Shown here: positions 1-9,889 of the stretch, piece by piece | Layout of the letters: each line of letters starts with the position of its first letter | How positions within the stretch are numbered: the first letter of the stretch is position 1 | NCBI GenBank assembly: GCA_963782055.1 | Contig: CAWAIF010000003.1 | Location: 4,064,001 to 4,128,000 of the forward strand | From: an uncultured delta proteobacterium | GTDB taxonomy: Bacteria > Myxococcota_A > Polyangia > Polyangiales > Polyangiaceae | DNA: 64,000 bases | Direction of reading: 5' to 3' | Translations under genes and position numbers: made by a program | The notes under the pieces: generated by a model | Told to the model about the DNA's origin: nothing | Databases searched by the model: none | Seen by the model: the letters and a program-made list of their open reading frames with translations, nothing else

Positions 1-228
1 CTTCGGGACGTCGCGCGGGAAGCCGAAGGCGAGGCGCGCCGAGAGGGCAGCGCTCCCCGTCGGCGGCTCTGCGCCATGGTTGTAGGCGTCGGACAGCGCC
101 CGCACGCGCGCGGCCATCGCCTTCGGCGGCGCGTCCAGGCCCTTCGCGCGCGCCACGGCGGCGAGCACGTGCCGCCAGTCCTCCTCGAGGGGCCGACAGG
201 GCGCGTCGCGTACCGTCCGGTGGCTCAT
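1..228 (-). CDS. Partial CDS (5' end only), probably Rsm22-family SAM-dependent methyltransferase-like protein
   Basis: Not in the ORF track. ATG at 228 preceded by GGAGG; open to the window edge: MSHRTVRDAPCRPLEEDW...LSDAYN...ARLAFGFPRDVPK. Family call is from recollection of similar myxobacterial N-termini. Confidence 0.55.
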   Translation of the reverse strand, partial: MSHRTVRDAPCRPLEEDWRHVLAAVARAKGLDAPPKAMAARVRALSDAYNHGAEPPTGSAALSARLAFGFPRDVPK

Positions 229-257
229 GCCGCCTCCGCACGCTACGCTGCGGAGCG

Positions 258-653
258 ATGCACGCCAAGCTCGCGGTGGGAGGCGTGGTGGTACGCGACG
301 ACGGCGCGCTCCTGCTGGTACGCCGCAAGGACCCGCCGGACGCCGGACGCTGGACGCTCCCCGGCGGCCACGTGGAGCCGGGGGAGAGCCCGCATCAGGC
401 TGTCGTGCGCGAGGTGATGGAGGAGACGGCCGTGCCCGTCGCCGTCGTGCGCACGGTGGAGGTCTTCCCGATGCGCCGCCCCGACGCGGCCTTCGACATC
501 CACGAGATCCTGTGCCGGCCGGCCTCGTCCGCGGAGCCGCGCGCGGGCGACGACGCGAGCGACGCCCGCTGGGCGCGCGCCGACGAGCTCGCCGATCTCG
601 GTGTGAGCGAGGCCGTACGTGCGGTCATCGCGCGTGCGCGCGACCTGCTCTAG
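258..653 (+). CDS. NUDIX hydrolase
   Basis: Nudix box GGHVEPGESPHQAVVREVMEET; C-terminal AGDDASDARW. Confidence 0.93.
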   Translation: MHAKLAVGGVVVRDDGALLLVRRKDPPDAGRWTLPGGHVEPGESPHQAVVREVMEETAVPVAVVRTVEVFPMRRPDAAFDIHEILCRPASSAEPRAGDDASDARWARADELADLGVSEAVRAVIARARDLL

Positions 654-842
654 AAAACCCCGCCGCCCTGAGTCGCAAGGAGCATGACACCCACCTTCTT
701 GCCGCCGGTGTGCAACGATGAGGCCAGGCCGGAAACAAGGCGAATTCGAGGAGAGCATGGATAGTCTGTCACGTTTGGTTGACACTCCCGAGGGGACGAC
801 TGTCCGCATTCCGGACACCATCGTGGGCTAGGCTGCGCGCCC

Positions 843-1775
843 ATGACCCCGTCGATCCGCGCGATCCCCGCTGCGTGCCTCGCCGTGACGCTGGCCGCGT
901 GCGCCAAGTCCCCACCGCCCTCGCAGCTCCCCGACGCGCAGGCCGCCATCGACCGCATGCGCGCCACGACCGAGTGCGCCACGGGCGTGCGCGCCGACGC
1001 GGCCATCGATCACTTCTCCGACAAGGGCGGCCGCGTGCGCGCCGAGCTGCTCATGCTCGCCTCGCGCCCCGCGCGGATCCGGATGGACGTGATGGCGCCG
1101 GTGGTGGGCTCGGTCGCCACGCTGGCGAGCGACGGCGAGCACTTCGCCCTCAACGACATGCGCAACAAGCAGTTTCTCGTCGGGCCCGCCTCGGCGTGCA
1201 ACATCGCGCGCATCACGCAGGTGCCCATCCCGGGCAACGTGCTGGTGAGCCTGCTGGTCGGGCGCGCGCCCGTGCTGGTGCACACGCCGCCCGGGCCGCC
1301 GGCGCTCTCCCTCGCCTGGAGCGGCTCCGGGTACTACGTCGTGGGGATCGACGGCACGCCCAGCGCCCGCGAGGAGATCCACCTGCAGGTGCACCCGGAC
1401 GACTGGAGCAAGCCGTGGCAAGAGCAGCGGCTGCGCGTCATCGACGTCGAGGTGTGGCAGCAAGGCCAGGAGCTCTACGACGCGGAGCTCACCGACTACC
1501 GCCCGACCGGGATGGCGGCGATCCCCGCGGCGAACCCGCTGGACGCGGTGCTCGGCGAGACGCCGCTGCCGCCCAGCGGCCCGCAGTGCAACGCCGAGCT
1601 CCCGCGACGGATCCACGTGAACGTTCCGGGCATGGGGGAGGACGTGCTCTTCCGGTACGACAAGGTCGAGCTCAACCCGCCGCTCCCGCCCAGCTCCTTC
1701 ACGCTGCAGCCGCCGTCCGGCGTGCCCGTCGCCGTCGTGACGTGCGAGGCTCACTCCCCGGCCACCTCCCGCTGA
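843..1775 (+). CDS. Lipoprotein, possible LolA/LolB-like (DUF4292-like) fold
   Basis: Lipobox TLAAC; beta-rich body; ends with FTLQPPSGVPV, as in LolA-like proteins. Confidence 0.6.
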   Translation: MTPSIRAIPAACLAVTLAACAKSPPPSQLPDAQAAIDRMRATTECATGVRADAAIDHFSDKGGRVRAELLMLASRPARIRMDVMAPVVGSVATLASDGEHFALNDMRNKQFLVGPASACNIARITQVPIPGNVLVSLLVGRAPVLVHTPPGPPALSLAWSGSGYYVVGIDGTPSAREEIHLQVHPDDWSKPWQEQRLRVIDVEVWQQGQELYDAELTDYRPTGMAAIPAANPLDAVLGETPLPPSGPQCNAELPRRIHVNVPGMGEDVLFRYDKVELNPPLPPSSFTLQPPSGVPVAVVTCEAHSPATSR

Positions 1776-2548
1776 AGGGGGAGGTGGACGGCGTCGCGGA
1801 TCCGACCGGGAGCGTCGGTGATGATCCAGTCGGCGCCGATCGCCACGAGATCACGCGCCTCGTCCGGATCGTTGACCGTCCACACGCCCACGCGCAGGCC
1901 GCGATCGCGGAGCACGCTCACGAGACGCGGCGACGCGAGGGTGCGCTCGATGTGCAGGGCGTACAGCCACGGGGCGCGCGCGACGTGCAGCGCCGCCCGG
2001 CGCGACCAGCGACGCTTGGAGGTCAGCAACCATGCGCGGCGCACGCGCGGCGCGCGCAGGCCGAGGCGCAGGAGCAAGCCGGGGTGGAAGCTGGAGACCA
2101 CGACGTCGGCGCCGGACCGCGAGAGCTCACGGGCCACGCCGGCGACGAGGCGGTCCGGCCGCGGGGTGTCGTGCTTGATCTCCACGTTGAGGGCGGCGCC
2201 TCGCGCCTCGCACAGGCGCAGCACGTCGGACAGGAGCGGGGGACCGCTCTCGCCGCCGAAGAGGCGCACCGCCGCGAGCTCGGCGTAGGAGACGTCGGAG
2301 ACCTGCCGCCGGTCGGCGCCGGCGGTGGCGCGCGTCAGGTCGGGGTCGTGGAAGACGACGATCTCGCCCGACCCGCACGGCCGCACGTCCAGCTCGATGC
2401 CGTCGGCGCCCTGGGCGAGGGCGTGCTCGAAGGCCGCCATGGTGTTCTCCGGAGGCCAGCCCGGGTCGTCGGGCGTGTCGCACCCGCCGCGGTGGCCGAC
2501 CACCAGGGGTGGCGTCTCGAAGCCCCGGCGGGAGCCCGCCCGGCTCAC
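1751..2548 (-). CDS. Glycerophosphodiester phosphodiesterase (GDPD family)
   Basis: GHRGG, PENT, IELDV, FHD, NVEIK, VWTVND, IITDAP; GTG start overlaps the DHH gene stop (GTGA). Confidence 0.92.
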   Translation of the reverse strand: MSRAGSRRGFETPPLVVGHRGGCDTPDDPGWPPENTMAAFEHALAQGADGIELDVRPCGSGEIVVFHDPDLTRATAGADRRQVSDVSYAELAAVRLFGGESGPPLLSDVLRLCEARGAALNVEIKHDTPRPDRLVAGVARELSRSGADVVVSSFHPGLLLRLGLRAPRVRRAWLLTSKRRWSRRAALHVARAPWLYALHIERTLASPRLVSVLRDRGLRVGVWTVNDPDEARDLVAIGADWIITDAPGRIRDAVHLPLQREVAGE

Positions 2549-3546
2549 GGGCGATTGAGCTCCTGGGCGATGGTCTCGGCGATGTCGCGAACCCGCCCGA
2601 CGTCGGCCGCCGGCAAGGTGATGGCGCCCACCACCGGGTGCCCTCCACCGCCGTAGCGCTCGCAGATGGCGGCGATGTCGTGCCGTCGAGGCACCGCGCT
2701 CCACGGGTTGTAGCCGATGGACACCTTGCACTTCTTGGGGGAGCGCGTGAGCATCAGCGAGTAGGCGCTCTTGGGGTAGAGCGCGTAGGTCACGAACTTG
2801 GTGGCGACCTCGAAGTCGTGATCGAGCAGGTCGACGAGCACCACGTCGCCGCGCTCCACCGCGCGCTCGCGCACCAGCTTCACGAACGCCGCGTGGCCTG
2901 CCTTGAGCGGCTCCAGCGCGGACTGCACGTCCGGCGCGAGCGCCACCTCCGCGAGCGGCTCCTCCAGCAGGCGCGGGACCATGCGCGAGACGAAGGCGTC
3001 GTCGCCGTGGTGCTCGACGACCGTCATGAGCTGCAGCGCCGGCGCCGTCCGCGCGACGGCCATCTCGGCGCTGGGGAAGCGCGCGGCGTCGATGATGTCC
3101 GCCCACTTCACCAGCTCCGCCAGATGCCCCGTGGTCTGCAGGCCGAAGACGCTCGCGCCGAGGTCGGCGATGAGCTTGGTGCACGAGGAGTACGAGCCGT
3201 CGTGGAACATGCGCCGCTCGGTCGCCGGGTGCCTGTGGACCGCGGCCACGTGCGCGTCGTAGGCGCTGCGGTCCTCCGGCGCCGGGAACGCGGAGACGTG
3301 GTGGTCGAAGTACCAGGTGAGCTGCGGCGCGCGCGAGAAGCGAAAATCCAGGATGGCGTTGATCTCGCCGTCGAGCAGCGCGGGGTCGACGCCGTTCTGC
3401 CCCGGGCCGTAGCCGGCGGCGCGGTAGCGCAGCTCCAGCGCATCGCCGGGGGAGAGGTGCCGCAGCAGGCGGGTGAACATCGCCGCCGAACAGAGTCCGT
3501 CGAAGCAGTGCCCGTGAGTCGCCACCACCACGCGTCGCGTCGCCAT
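2545..3546 (-). CDS. DHH/DHHA1 family phosphoesterase (nanoRNase-like)
   Basis: THGHCFDG, ILDF, FDHH, C-terminal GGGGHPVVG. Confidence 0.88.
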   Translation of the reverse strand: MATRRVVVATHGHCFDGLCSAAMFTRLLRHLSPGDALELRYRAAGYGPGQNGVDPALLDGEINAILDFRFSRAPQLTWYFDHHVSAFPAPEDRSAYDAHVAAVHRHPATERRMFHDGSYSSCTKLIADLGASVFGLQTTGHLAELVKWADIIDAARFPSAEMAVARTAPALQLMTVVEHHGDDAFVSRMVPRLLEEPLAEVALAPDVQSALEPLKAGHAAFVKLVRERAVERGDVVLVDLLDHDFEVATKFVTYALYPKSAYSLMLTRSPKKCKVSIGYNPWSAVPRRHDIAAICERYGGGGHPVVGAITLPAADVGRVRDIAETIAQELNRP

Positions 3547-3621
3547 CCGGTGGGGCTACCACAACTCCCGGGCCCGTGCTCCTCATCGTCGGAGTGCTCC
3601 CGCTTCCACGATCCGGCTACG

Positions 3622-4017
3622 ATGGGCGCAGGAGCACGAGCCGGCTTGAACCTCCACCACCTGGCGCTGCGGACCGGCGATCTCCCCCGGCTGGTGCGCT
3701 TCTACGGCGAGCTGCTGGGGCTCCCAGCCGTGGCGGACCACTCCCCGCGGAGCGTGTGGCTTCGGGCGGGCCCGACCATCCTGATGCTGGAGCGCGCCGA
3801 ACCGGGCGAGCCGCCGCCCCCTGCGGGATTGATGGAGCTCGTGGCCTTCGCCATCGCCCCGGCGGAGCGCGCGCCCCTCCGCGCCCGGCTGCAGCAGGCC
3901 GGTGTGCCGGTGGAGGCGGAGACCGGCTTCACGCTGTATTTTCGCGATCCGGACGGAAGGCGGGTGGGCCTGAGCCACCACCCCGCTCCGGCGCCGCCAG
4001 CCGCCCAGACTCCCTGA
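3622..4017 (+). CDS. VOC/glyoxalase family protein
   Basis: LHHLALRT..FY..LLGL and LYFRDPDGRRV; start may be TTG at 3646. Confidence 0.88.
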   Translation: MGAGARAGLNLHHLALRTGDLPRLVRFYGELLGLPAVADHSPRSVWLRAGPTILMLERAEPGEPPPPAGLMELVAFAIAPAERAPLRARLQQAGVPVEAETGFTLYFRDPDGRRVGLSHHPAPAPPAAQTP

Positions 4018-4103
4018 AAACGCGCCCGAATCGGGGTTGGCGCCGCCGGTCCGTCACCGAAAAAGCGCCGGACCGACGTAGGAGATCATGATACATTACG
4101 CGC

Positions 4104-5648
4104 GTGGTTCTCCGCTCGCCCAGCGCTGTCGAGCTCGAGGGAACGGAGCGGGTGCCGAGCATCCGGCCGGGCACCCGGCTGGGCCGCTACGAGATCGTGA
4201 CGCACATCGCGGCAGGCGGGATGGCCAACGTCTACCTGGGCCGCGCGCTCGGGGTGGCCGGCTTCCAGCGGCTGGTCGCGATCAAGCTGCTGCACCCGCA
4301 CGTCGCGGCGGACCGGCAGTTCATCACCATGTTCCTGGACGAGGCGCGCCTCGCCGCCCGGGTGCGTCACCCCAACGTCGTCGCCACGCTGGACCTGCAG
4401 CACGGCGCCGACGGCCACTACCTGGTGATGGAGTACGTCGAGGGCGACTCCCTGCTCGGCCTGCTGCGGCAGACCGCCAAGCTGAACAAGCCGATGCCCG
4501 CCGGCATCGCCATCCGCATCATGCTGGAGACGCTCCACGGCCTGCACGCCGCGCACGAGCTCACGGGCGATCAGGGCGAGCCGCTGCACCTGGTGCATCG
4601 CGACGTCTCCCCGCACAACATCCTCGTCGGCGCCGACGGCGTGACGCGCCTGACCGACTTCGGCATCGCCCGCGCGGAGGAGCGCATCAGCCACACGCGC
4701 GACGGGCAGGTGAAGGGCAAGCTGAGCTACATGGCGCCGGAGCAGACGGGCAGCGAGCCCGTCGACCGCCGCGCAGACGTCTTCACCGCGGGCATCGTGC
4801 TGTGGGAGTGCCTCGCGTCCAAGCGTCTCTTCCGCGGGCAGACCGACGCCGAGGCCCTGCGGCAGCTCCTGGAGGCGCCCATCCCTCGCCTGCGCGACGT
4901 GGCGCCGGGCTACCCGCCCGCGCTGGACGAGGTGTGCGCGCGCGCGCTGCGCCGCGATCCCGACGAGCGCTTCGACAACGCCGCCGATTTCGCCGAGGCG
5001 CTGGAGGAGGCCGCCGAGCCGCTGGGCATCGCCACGCCCAGGGCGCTGGGCGCATACGTCCGCGAGATCGCCGCGGAGATGCTGGAGAGCGTGGACCGAC
5101 GCGTGCGCGCGTGGAACGACGGCGCGCGCGTCATGACGGCGCCGTCGCTCGAGCAGGGCGAGCCGGGGGATACCTCGGTGCGGATGACGATCTCCGCGCC
5201 CTCGTCCAACGGCGCGCAGCTCGTCCCCCTGCTGCCGGAGAGCACCGAGGCGCGCCGGCGCCGTCCGCTCTGGGTCGGCCTCGGCGCGGCCGCGCTGGTG
5301 CTCGTCGGCGCCTCGGTGGCGACGGTGACCCTGCTCGTGGCGTCGCGCGCGGGCCACGAGCCTGAGCACGCCGCGGCGACGGCCGCGCCCACGGTCACCG
5401 CGCCCGTCGCGAAGGCCGACCCGACGGCGACGACCACAGAGGCCCCGGCGACGACCTCCGTCTCGGTCCAGGACCTCCCGTCGGAGACGCCGCCGCCGCG
5501 GCCCGCGGTCCACCACCCGCACGCGCAGGTGAAGCCTCCGTCGCCACCGCCGGTTGCCTCCGCGCCCTCCGCCGCCGCCTCGGCCAGGACGCCGCCCGCG
5601 CCTCCGCCGCCCGCCACCGGCGGCGCCTTCAATCCCGAAGCCATGTGA
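4104..5648 (+). CDS. Membrane Hanks-type Ser/Thr protein kinase
   Basis: GGMANVY, VAIK, HRDVSPHN, DFG, YMAPE; TM helix; Pro/Thr-rich tail. Confidence 0.95.
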   Translation: MVLRSPSAVELEGTERVPSIRPGTRLGRYEIVTHIAAGGMANVYLGRALGVAGFQRLVAIKLLHPHVAADRQFITMFLDEARLAARVRHPNVVATLDLQHGADGHYLVMEYVEGDSLLGLLRQTAKLNKPMPAGIAIRIMLETLHGLHAAHELTGDQGEPLHLVHRDVSPHNILVGADGVTRLTDFGIARAEERISHTRDGQVKGKLSYMAPEQTGSEPVDRRADVFTAGIVLWECLASKRLFRGQTDAEALRQLLEAPIPRLRDVAPGYPPALDEVCARALRRDPDERFDNAADFAEALEEAAEPLGIATPRALGAYVREIAAEMLESVDRRVRAWNDGARVMTAPSLEQGEPGDTSVRMTISAPSSNGAQLVPLLPESTEARRRRPLWVGLGAAALVLVGASVATVTLLVASRAGHEPEHAAATAAPTVTAPVAKADPTATTTEAPATTSVSVQDLPSETPPPRPAVHHPHAQVKPPSPPPVASAPSAAASARTPPAPPPPATGGAFNPEAM

Positions 5649-6700
5649 GGTCGATGATCCGCACGAGCGCCCTCTTGCTCTCGGCCGCCTGCTGCGTGGT
5701 GGCCGCCACCGCTTCCGCCCAGACGACCGAAGAGGCCGTCGCCCAGGCGCGCTTCTCCAAGGGGCGCGAGCTCTTCATGGCGCAGAAGTACGCCGCGGCG
5801 CTGCAGGAGTTCCGCGCGGCGAGCCAGCTCTACGAGAGCCCCAACACGCGCCTGTACATGGCGCGGTGCGAGCGCGGCCTCGGTCACCTCGCCGCCGCGT
5901 ACGTCGAGTACCAGCGCGCGGCGAGCGAGGCCTCCGACCGCGCGCGCACCGACCCGCGCTACGTCGGCACGCGCGATCACGCCAGGGAGGAGGGCCAGGC
6001 GCTGGAACCGAAGCTCGCCCACCTGAAGGTGCTCGCGCCCGCGCTGCCGGAGGGCGCCAAGGTCGCCGTCAACGGGTCGGTGCTCGCGACCGCGGCGCTC
6101 GGCGTCGCCGCCCCCATCGATCCGGGCAGCGTCACCGTCACGGCGGAGGCGCAGGGGTACGCGCGCTACACCAAGTCGGCGCGCGCCGCCGCAGGCGAGA
6201 CGGTGGAGATCAAGGTCGACCTGACGCCGCTGCCCGCCGGGCCGCCCCCGCAGGGCGTGGCCCGGACGGGGACGCCCGCGCCCGCGACCACCACCGAGCA
6301 GCCGACGACGGTGCCGAGCGCGCCGGATCACAGCGGCGACAAGAAGGTGGGCGGCGGCGTGCGCGTCGCCGGCTTCGTCGTGGGGACGGCGGGGCTCGTC
6401 GGCATCGGCCTCTTCGCCGGCTTCGCCGCCGCCGCGCAGACCCGCTACGACCAGCTCCGCGGCGCGTGCGGCGGACGATGCGATCCCTCCCTCGCCTCCA
6501 AGATCGACGGCGGCGAGACCTACCAGAACGTCGCCAACGTGGCGCTCGGCCTGGGCGCGGCCGCGCTCGTCACGGGCGCCATCATGATCGCCGCCGGCGG
6601 GCCGAAGTACGTGACCGGCGGGTCCGGGCGACTGGTGCCGCTGGTCGAGGTGGATCGCTCCGGGCGGGGCGCCTGGTTCGGGGTGCGCCGTGCGTTCTAG
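5645..6700 (+). CDS. TPR + PEGA-like domain membrane protein
   Basis: Signal peptide, TPR-like helices, PEGA-like beta domain (VAVNG..PIDPG), two C-terminal hydrophobic segments; overlaps the kinase stop. Confidence 0.75.
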   Translation: MRSMIRTSALLLSAACCVVAATASAQTTEEAVAQARFSKGRELFMAQKYAAALQEFRAASQLYESPNTRLYMARCERGLGHLAAAYVEYQRAASEASDRARTDPRYVGTRDHAREEGQALEPKLAHLKVLAPALPEGAKVAVNGSVLATAALGVAAPIDPGSVTVTAEAQGYARYTKSARAAAGETVEIKVDLTPLPAGPPPQGVARTGTPAPATTTEQPTTVPSAPDHSGDKKVGGGVRVAGFVVGTAGLVGIGLFAGFAAAAQTRYDQLRGACGGRCDPSLASKIDGGETYQNVANVALGLGAAALVTGAIMIAAGGPKYVTGGSGRLVPLVEVDRSGRGAWFGVRRAF

Positions 6701-7421
6701 GCTCGCGGCGCTCCTGGTCGCGCTCGTCCCCGCCGCCGGGTGCGTGCTCGACTGGGACTCCCTGCGCCCCCTGGACGGCGGCGCGGGCGACGCGGGCGAC
6801 GAGGCCGCGCCCGAGGACGCCGGCGGCGACACCACGCTCGACGCCGGCGAGGACGTCGTCACCGCCGACGCCGACGCCGGCGCGTGCTCCATCGTCCTCA
6901 CCATCAACGAGCTGCAGGCCGACGGCTCGCAGGGCCCCTCCGACGAGTTCGTCGAGCTGCGCAACGCCTCCGCGTGCGGCGGCAGCCTGGAGGGCTACGA
7001 GCTGCGCTACAGCTCGGCGACCGGCAGCGCGCCCTACCCCATCTGGGACGGCCAGGCTGGCGACACCATCGCCGCGCACGGCTACGTCACCGTCGCCGGT
7101 CAGGCCTTCCAGAACACCAACAACCTGGTAGGCCGCTTCGCCAACGGCCTCAACGGCGTCCTGAGCAAGAACGGCGGCGGCGTCGGCCTCTTCGGGCCGG
7201 ACAAGCTCCTCGTCGACAGCGTCGCGTACGAGACGCTCAACCAGTCGACCGCCAAGCACCCCTTCGTGCAGCCCCCGTCGCAGCCCGACGGCGGCGCGTC
7301 GCCCGGCGCGCCCAACCCGCCGCCCGGGCAGTCCATCGCGCGCACGCCCGACGGCGCCGACACGCACGTGAGCGCCGTCGACTTCCAGGTCGCGTCGCCC
7401 AGCCCCGGCGCCTCCAACTGA
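6690..7421 (+). CDS. Lamin-tail-domain (LTD) lipoprotein
   Basis: Lipobox AAGC; INEL...DEFVELRN...LVDSVAY...SIAR..DG.DT...DF...SPG. Confidence 0.82.
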   Translation: MRSRLAALLVALVPAAGCVLDWDSLRPLDGGAGDAGDEAAPEDAGGDTTLDAGEDVVTADADAGACSIVLTINELQADGSQGPSDEFVELRNASACGGSLEGYELRYSSATGSAPYPIWDGQAGDTIAAHGYVTVAGQAFQNTNNLVGRFANGLNGVLSKNGGGVGLFGPDKLLVDSVAYETLNQSTAKHPFVQPPSQPDGGASPGAPNPPPGQSIARTPDGADTHVSAVDFQVASPSPGASN

Positions 7422-7553
7422 CGCTCGGGCGATCGTCGGGCGCGCCGAGACGAGGCCGCCGACGATTTTTGCGCGCGCCTCGCACGACAAAAGAACGCCT
7501 TGCGCTCGAGCCGGGATGGACCGATGCTCCCGCCCCGCGAAAGGGATAGGTTC

Positions 7554-8567
7554 ATGAAGCGTTCGTTCTGGCTTGGTTTGATGGTACCCGCCGCGCTGGT
7601 CGCCGTGCCCCTGCTCGCCGGCGCGTGCGGCGGCGGAAACGACAACCTGCCTCCGCCTCCGCCTCCGCCTCCTCCCACCGCCACGCCGACGGCGTCCGCC
7701 AGCGCCATGATGGGCGAGCCCGACGCTGCCGCGCCCACCCCCGCGCCGCCCGCGCCGGTGCTGGTGCTCGGGACCGCGAGCGAGGACCCCAAGGCGCCGC
7801 TGCCGACGGTGAAGATCACCTCGCCGCGCTCCAACCAGGTCGTCCCCTCCGCCAAGGCCGAGGACTTCGCCGTCAAGCTGGACGTCAAGAACTGGAAGAC
7901 CGCGATGGGCGCGCAGCACGTCCACCTGATCCTGGACAACCACCCCTACAAGCCCATCTACGACACCAAGAAGCCGGTGAAGCTCTCCGAGCTGCTCGGC
8001 GGGGCGAAGCTGGGCGACGGCGAGCACGTGCTCGTCGCCTTCCCGAGCCGCCCCAACCACGAGTCGGTCAAGACCAAGAACGCCATGACCGTCGTGGAGT
8101 TCTGGGTCGGCAAGAAGGGCAAGGCCTCCGTCGACATCAAGAAGCCGATGCTCGTCTACAGCCGCCCCAAGGGCGACTACAAGGGCCCGCAGGCGAGCCA
8201 CGTGCTCGTGGACTTCTACCTCGCCAACGACACGCTGGGCGAGGGCAAGGACCACGTGAACATCACCGTCACCGGTCCGGGCATCGAGAAGGAGCTCACC
8301 GCGAAGGCCGACAAGTTCGGACCGCCCTACTACCTGGACAACCTCCAGGACGGCACCTACACGGTGAAGCTCGACCTGATGGACAAGGACGGCAAGCCTG
8401 TCCCCGGCGACTGGAACTCCACGACGCGCACCATCAACGTCAACCACGAGGCCCAGCCCGAGCCGATGCCCGCGCCCGCCGCCGCCGACGCCAAGCCCGC
8501 CGCGAAGGGTGACAAGGGCAAGACGCCGGAGAAGAAGCCCGCGAAGCCCGCTCCCAAGAAGAAGTGA
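7554..8567 (+). CDS. Lipoprotein with poly-Pro linker and two Ig-like domains
   Basis: Lipobox LAGAC; HVHLILDN and GEH..NHES motifs; Lys/Pro-rich tail. Confidence 0.7.
   Translation: MKRSFWLGLMVPAALVAVPLLAGACGGGNDNLPPPPPPPPPTATPTASASAMMGEPDAAAPTPAPPAPVLVLGTASEDPKAPLPTVKITSPRSNQVVPSAKAEDFAVKLDVKNWKTAMGAQHVHLILDNHPYKPIYDTKKPVKLSELLGGAKLGDGEHVLVAFPSRPNHESVKTKNAMTVVEFWVGKKGKASVDIKKPMLVYSRPKGDYKGPQASHVLVDFYLANDTLGEGKDHVNITVTGPGIEKELTAKADKFGPPYYLDNLQDGTYTVKLDLMDKDGKPVPGDWNSTTRTINVNHEAQPEPMPAPAAADAKPAAKGDKGKTPEKKPAKPAPKKK
7649..7672 (+). repeat. (GCCTCC)x4 in-frame microsatellite encoding poly-Pro
   Basis: Read directly from the sequence. Confidence 0.85.
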
Positions 8568-9886
8568 CCCGCGACGAGGTCGTGCGCCTGGACAAGGCGC
8601 GCGTCTGGCACCCGTACACCGCGATGGACGTCTACCTCGCCGAGGTGGACCCCATCGTGGTGGCTCGCGCCGAAGGCTCGTGGCTCGTCGACGCCGACGG
8701 CACGCGCTACCTCGACGGCAACGCTTCGTGGTGGACGATGGCCCTCGGCCACGCCCACCCGCGCCTCTTGCGGGTGCTGCACGAGCAGGCAGACGTGCTC
8801 GCGCACTGCGCGATCGCGGGCATCGCGCACGAGCCTGCCGCCGCCCTGGCGGAGGAGCTGTGCGCCGTGGCCCCCGCCGGGCTGACACGTGTATTTCACA
8901 CAGATAACGGCTCCACCGCGGTCGAGGCCGCGGTGAAGATGTGCGTGCAGTCGTGGGCGCAGCGTGGCGCGCCGAAGAAGACGCGCTTCGTCACGCTGGA
9001 CGGCGCCTACCACGGCGACACCGTCGGCGCGGCCAGCCTGGGCGGCGTCGACGTCTTCCGCCGACCCTTCTCCGGCGTGCTCTTCGAGTGCGTGCGCGCG
9101 CCGGTGCCCGACCGCGAGGGCTACGCGCGCGCCTTCGAGACGATCGCCGCGCTGGTGCGCCGGGAGGCGGACACGCTCGCCGCGGTGTTCGTCGAGCCCG
9201 TCGTGCAGGGCGCGGCGGGCATGCGCGTCTACGACCCGGCGTACCTGCGCGAGCTGCGCGCGCTCTGCACCAGGCACGACGTGCTGCTCGTCTTCGACGA
9301 GGTCTTCACCGGCTACGGCCGCACCGGCTTCATGTGGGCGAGCGGGCACGCGGGCGTCTCGCCCGACATCATGTGCCTCGGCAAGGCCTTCGCCGGCGGC
9401 GTGCTGCCCATGGGCGCCACCCTGGTGAGCGACGCCGTGTTCGACGCCTTCCGCGGCGACCGCGAGCGCGCCTTCTACTACGGCCACACCTTCTGCGGAC
9501 ACCCTCTGGGCGCGGCGCTCGCGCGGGAGGTGCTGCGCGTCTTCCGCGACGAGGACGTCCTCGGTCAGGTCGCGCGCAAGGCGCGGGTCGTCGCCGCGGC
9601 CTTCGAGCGACTCGCGAGCGTGCCCGGCGTGCAGGCGACGCGAGCCATCGGCATGATCGGCGCCGCCGACCTGGGCGGCGCGTCCAGCGCCTCGGAGTCC
9701 ATCGAGGAGAGCGGCTACCTCGGCTCGCTCGGCTGGCGCGTCTACGCCCAGGCGCGCAAGCGCGGCGCGTACCTGCGGCCGCTGGGGGACACCGTGTACG
9801 TGTGCCCTCCCCTCACCATCCCCGACGCGGAGCTGGAGCACCTGCTCGGCGTGCTCGAGGAGAGTGTCCGGGCGGTGGCCGCGTGA
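8564..9886 (+). CDS. bioA: Adenosylmethionine-8-amino-7-oxononanoate aminotransferase
   Basis: WHPYT, SWW, NGSTAVEAAVKM, YHGDTVGA, DEVFTGYGRTG, PLP lysine CLGK, GHTFCGHP, LRPLG. Confidence 0.92.
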   Translation: MTRDEVVRLDKARVWHPYTAMDVYLAEVDPIVVARAEGSWLVDADGTRYLDGNASWWTMALGHAHPRLLRVLHEQADVLAHCAIAGIAHEPAAALAEELCAVAPAGLTRVFHTDNGSTAVEAAVKMCVQSWAQRGAPKKTRFVTLDGAYHGDTVGAASLGGVDVFRRPFSGVLFECVRAPVPDREGYARAFETIAALVRREADTLAAVFVEPVVQGAAGMRVYDPAYLRELRALCTRHDVLLVFDEVFTGYGRTGFMWASGHAGVSPDIMCLGKAFAGGVLPMGATLVSDAVFDAFRGDRERAFYYGHTFCGHPLGAALAREVLRVFRDEDVLGQVARKARVVAAAFERLASVPGVQATRAIGMIGAADLGGASSASESIEESGYLGSLGWRVYAQARKRGAYLRPLGDTVYVCPPLTIPDAELEHLLGVLEESVRAVAA

Positions 9887-9889
9887 GCG

